NCBI GenBank assembly: GCA_051942245.1
Contig: JAVECL010000177.1
Location: forward strand, 1-39,582
Origin: Trypethelium eluteriae
Taxonomy: Eukaryota
Reading direction: 5' to 3'
Length of the DNA stretch: 39,582 nt
The position numbers and the translations under genes were made by a program. Positions 38,471 to 39,582 of the stretch are shown piece by piece (position 1 is the first letter of the stretch; each line of letters opens with the position of its first letter). The notes beneath the pieces were generated by a model. The model did no database searches. It was not told the origin of the DNA and saw only the letters and a program-made list of their open reading frames with translations.

Positions 38471-38673
38471 TCCTGGCCACTCCTTTATCGTGGTGTCTAG
38501 ACCTCTGTAACCCCTCTCATCCTATCTACACCTTGCTTATCCATTCTGGGCCCCCAACATCTATTTCAAATTAAATAGATAGTAAGAACTACATAGAATA
38601 GGATGAGACTAGGGTTGGAAGGGATGAGAAGGGTTGCAGGAGCTTAGGCACTATCGTAATGAAGTAGTCAAGA
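38471..38673. repeat. About 200 bp imperfect inverted repeat (foldback/MITE-like relic)
   Basis: 38491-38523 tggtgtctagacctctgtaacccctctcatcct aligns ungapped to the reverse complement of 38621-38653 (tagtgcctaagctcctgcaacccttctcatccc), and every mismatch is a transition. Perfect inner stem atctattt/aaatagat (38559-38580); outer arms tcctggccact vs tcttgactact. Confidence 0.75.
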
Positions 38674-39172
38674 CAGTTCCGTACACCAGGATGCTGCAGC
38701 TCATTCTGAGAGTTACAACGAACAGTAGTGAGCCTAGCATTTTACTAGCTGATGATGTAAAATAAGTGGTGAAAGCTTGTAGATTAAGCTATGGAGGCGA
38801 GGTCATCTATCCTCGGCGCTGTTAGGCTGTTGCGCACGGACTATAGGTCACGTGATGCTATTCTACATGATACCTACTAGGTAGGTACCTGGTAAAACAT
38901 GGTTCGTGCATACATAACAGCCTGCTGCAACAGCGCAAAAGGTACACGCACGACACGGTACGTGGCAACCGCAACTCACGACGCTCACTCACAATCACGT
39001 GATGGGATTGAAAGGTTCTCACACGTCACATACAGCATGACCAACGCTTTCTGTTGCTAGTCAAGTCTTCCTCGGAGCCTACTCGCATGAATCCTGTCAC
39101 GTAGCCAGCAGGTACGATATCACGAGACTACTTCCCAATTTGTTCCGATTTTGGGGGTGTCTTGACGTGGCC

Positions 39173-39582
39173 TAAGTCAAACCACCTAGATCCGGCGCAA
39201 CCTAGTAGTGGCGCACCCCCGCACACCCCACCATGTGCAAAATGAAGCTATTATCTCTCGCATTACTAGCTAGAATTTGATGATACTACACATAGCTTCA
39301 TAGGCAGGAGTTACTGCACTAGATGAACTAGGTTTCACAGTTTTTGGAGGTTGTTTCGTGGAGCTATTCGCCTCTACAACCTTCGCATCCTCTATTGCCT
39401 TTTTGATGCTCTTAATGTCTGCGAATTGTAGATTTGGATCTATACGAATAGCTTTCTTCTTAGGCTTCTTGATCACCTCATTCAGCTTACGTTGTAGGTC
39501 CTCATTTGACTTTGCCCATACAGCTGCTTGAATATTTGCCCGTCCAATAGCCTTGCCTGCTTTATAGATGACAGCTTTCGCG
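39173..39582 (-). mobile_element. 3' end of a Fot1/pogo-like (Tc1/mariner superfamily) DNA transposon: TA target site, TIR and transposase C-terminus
   Basis: TA (39173-39174) followed by AGTCAAACCACCTAGATCCGGCGCAACCTAGTAGTGGCGCACCCCC. The AGTCAA start and internal direct repeats (cctag...ggcgca x2) resemble Fot1-type TIRs. The element continues past the window edge. Confidence 0.75.
39270..39582 (-). CDS. Transposase C-terminal fragment (Fot1/pogo-like), partial
   Basis: Frame is open to the window edge: AKAVIYKAGKAIGRANIQAAVWAKSNEDLQRKLNEVIKKPKKKAIRIDPNLQFADIKSIKKA...IIKF*. The K.GKA...coiled coil...KKK.(I/V)..DPN..FA.I pattern is typical of Fot1-family C-termini. Confidence 0.75.
   Translation of the reverse strand, partial: AKAVIYKAGKAIGRANIQAAVWAKSNEDLQRKLNEVIKKPKKKAIRIDPNLQFADIKSIKKAIEDAKVVEANSSTKQPPKTVKPSSSSAVTPAYEAMCSIIKF

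Overview
Intron-containing filamentous ascomycete (Pezizomycotina-type) DNA; the ORF track fragments most genes, so I reconstructed exons by hand from GT/GC-AG sites and CTRAC branch points. The window has two compartments. (1) 1-25.2 kb: a gene-free 4.7 kb stretch, then intact housekeeping-type genes (SMP-30/gluconolactonase, ADP1-type EGF-ABCG half-transporter, class I/II aminotransferase, MFS DHA2-type transporter, cytochrome b5-fused acyl-CoA dehydrogenase, a 5-exon cupin absent from the ORF track, KHA1 K+/H+ antiporter), plus a small secreted Gly/Pro-rich protein with a 6-Cys tail. (2) About 25.5-39.6 kb: an accessory, decaying zone with a 3-beta-HSD/Erg26-like pseudogene, an intact CFEM-less PTH11-like receptor, a ~2750-codon NACHT-ankyrin NLR-like pseudogene (5 stops, 2 frameshifts, GC-AG intron), a ~200 bp transition-degenerated foldback element just upstream of it, and the end of a Fot1/pogo-like transposon (TA + TIR). 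Main leads: the orphan secreted Cys-tailed protein, an apparent micro-ORF transcription unit at ~7.1-8.3 kb, and the uneven decay of the NLR. I could not confidently identify a new multi-gene system from sequence alone.
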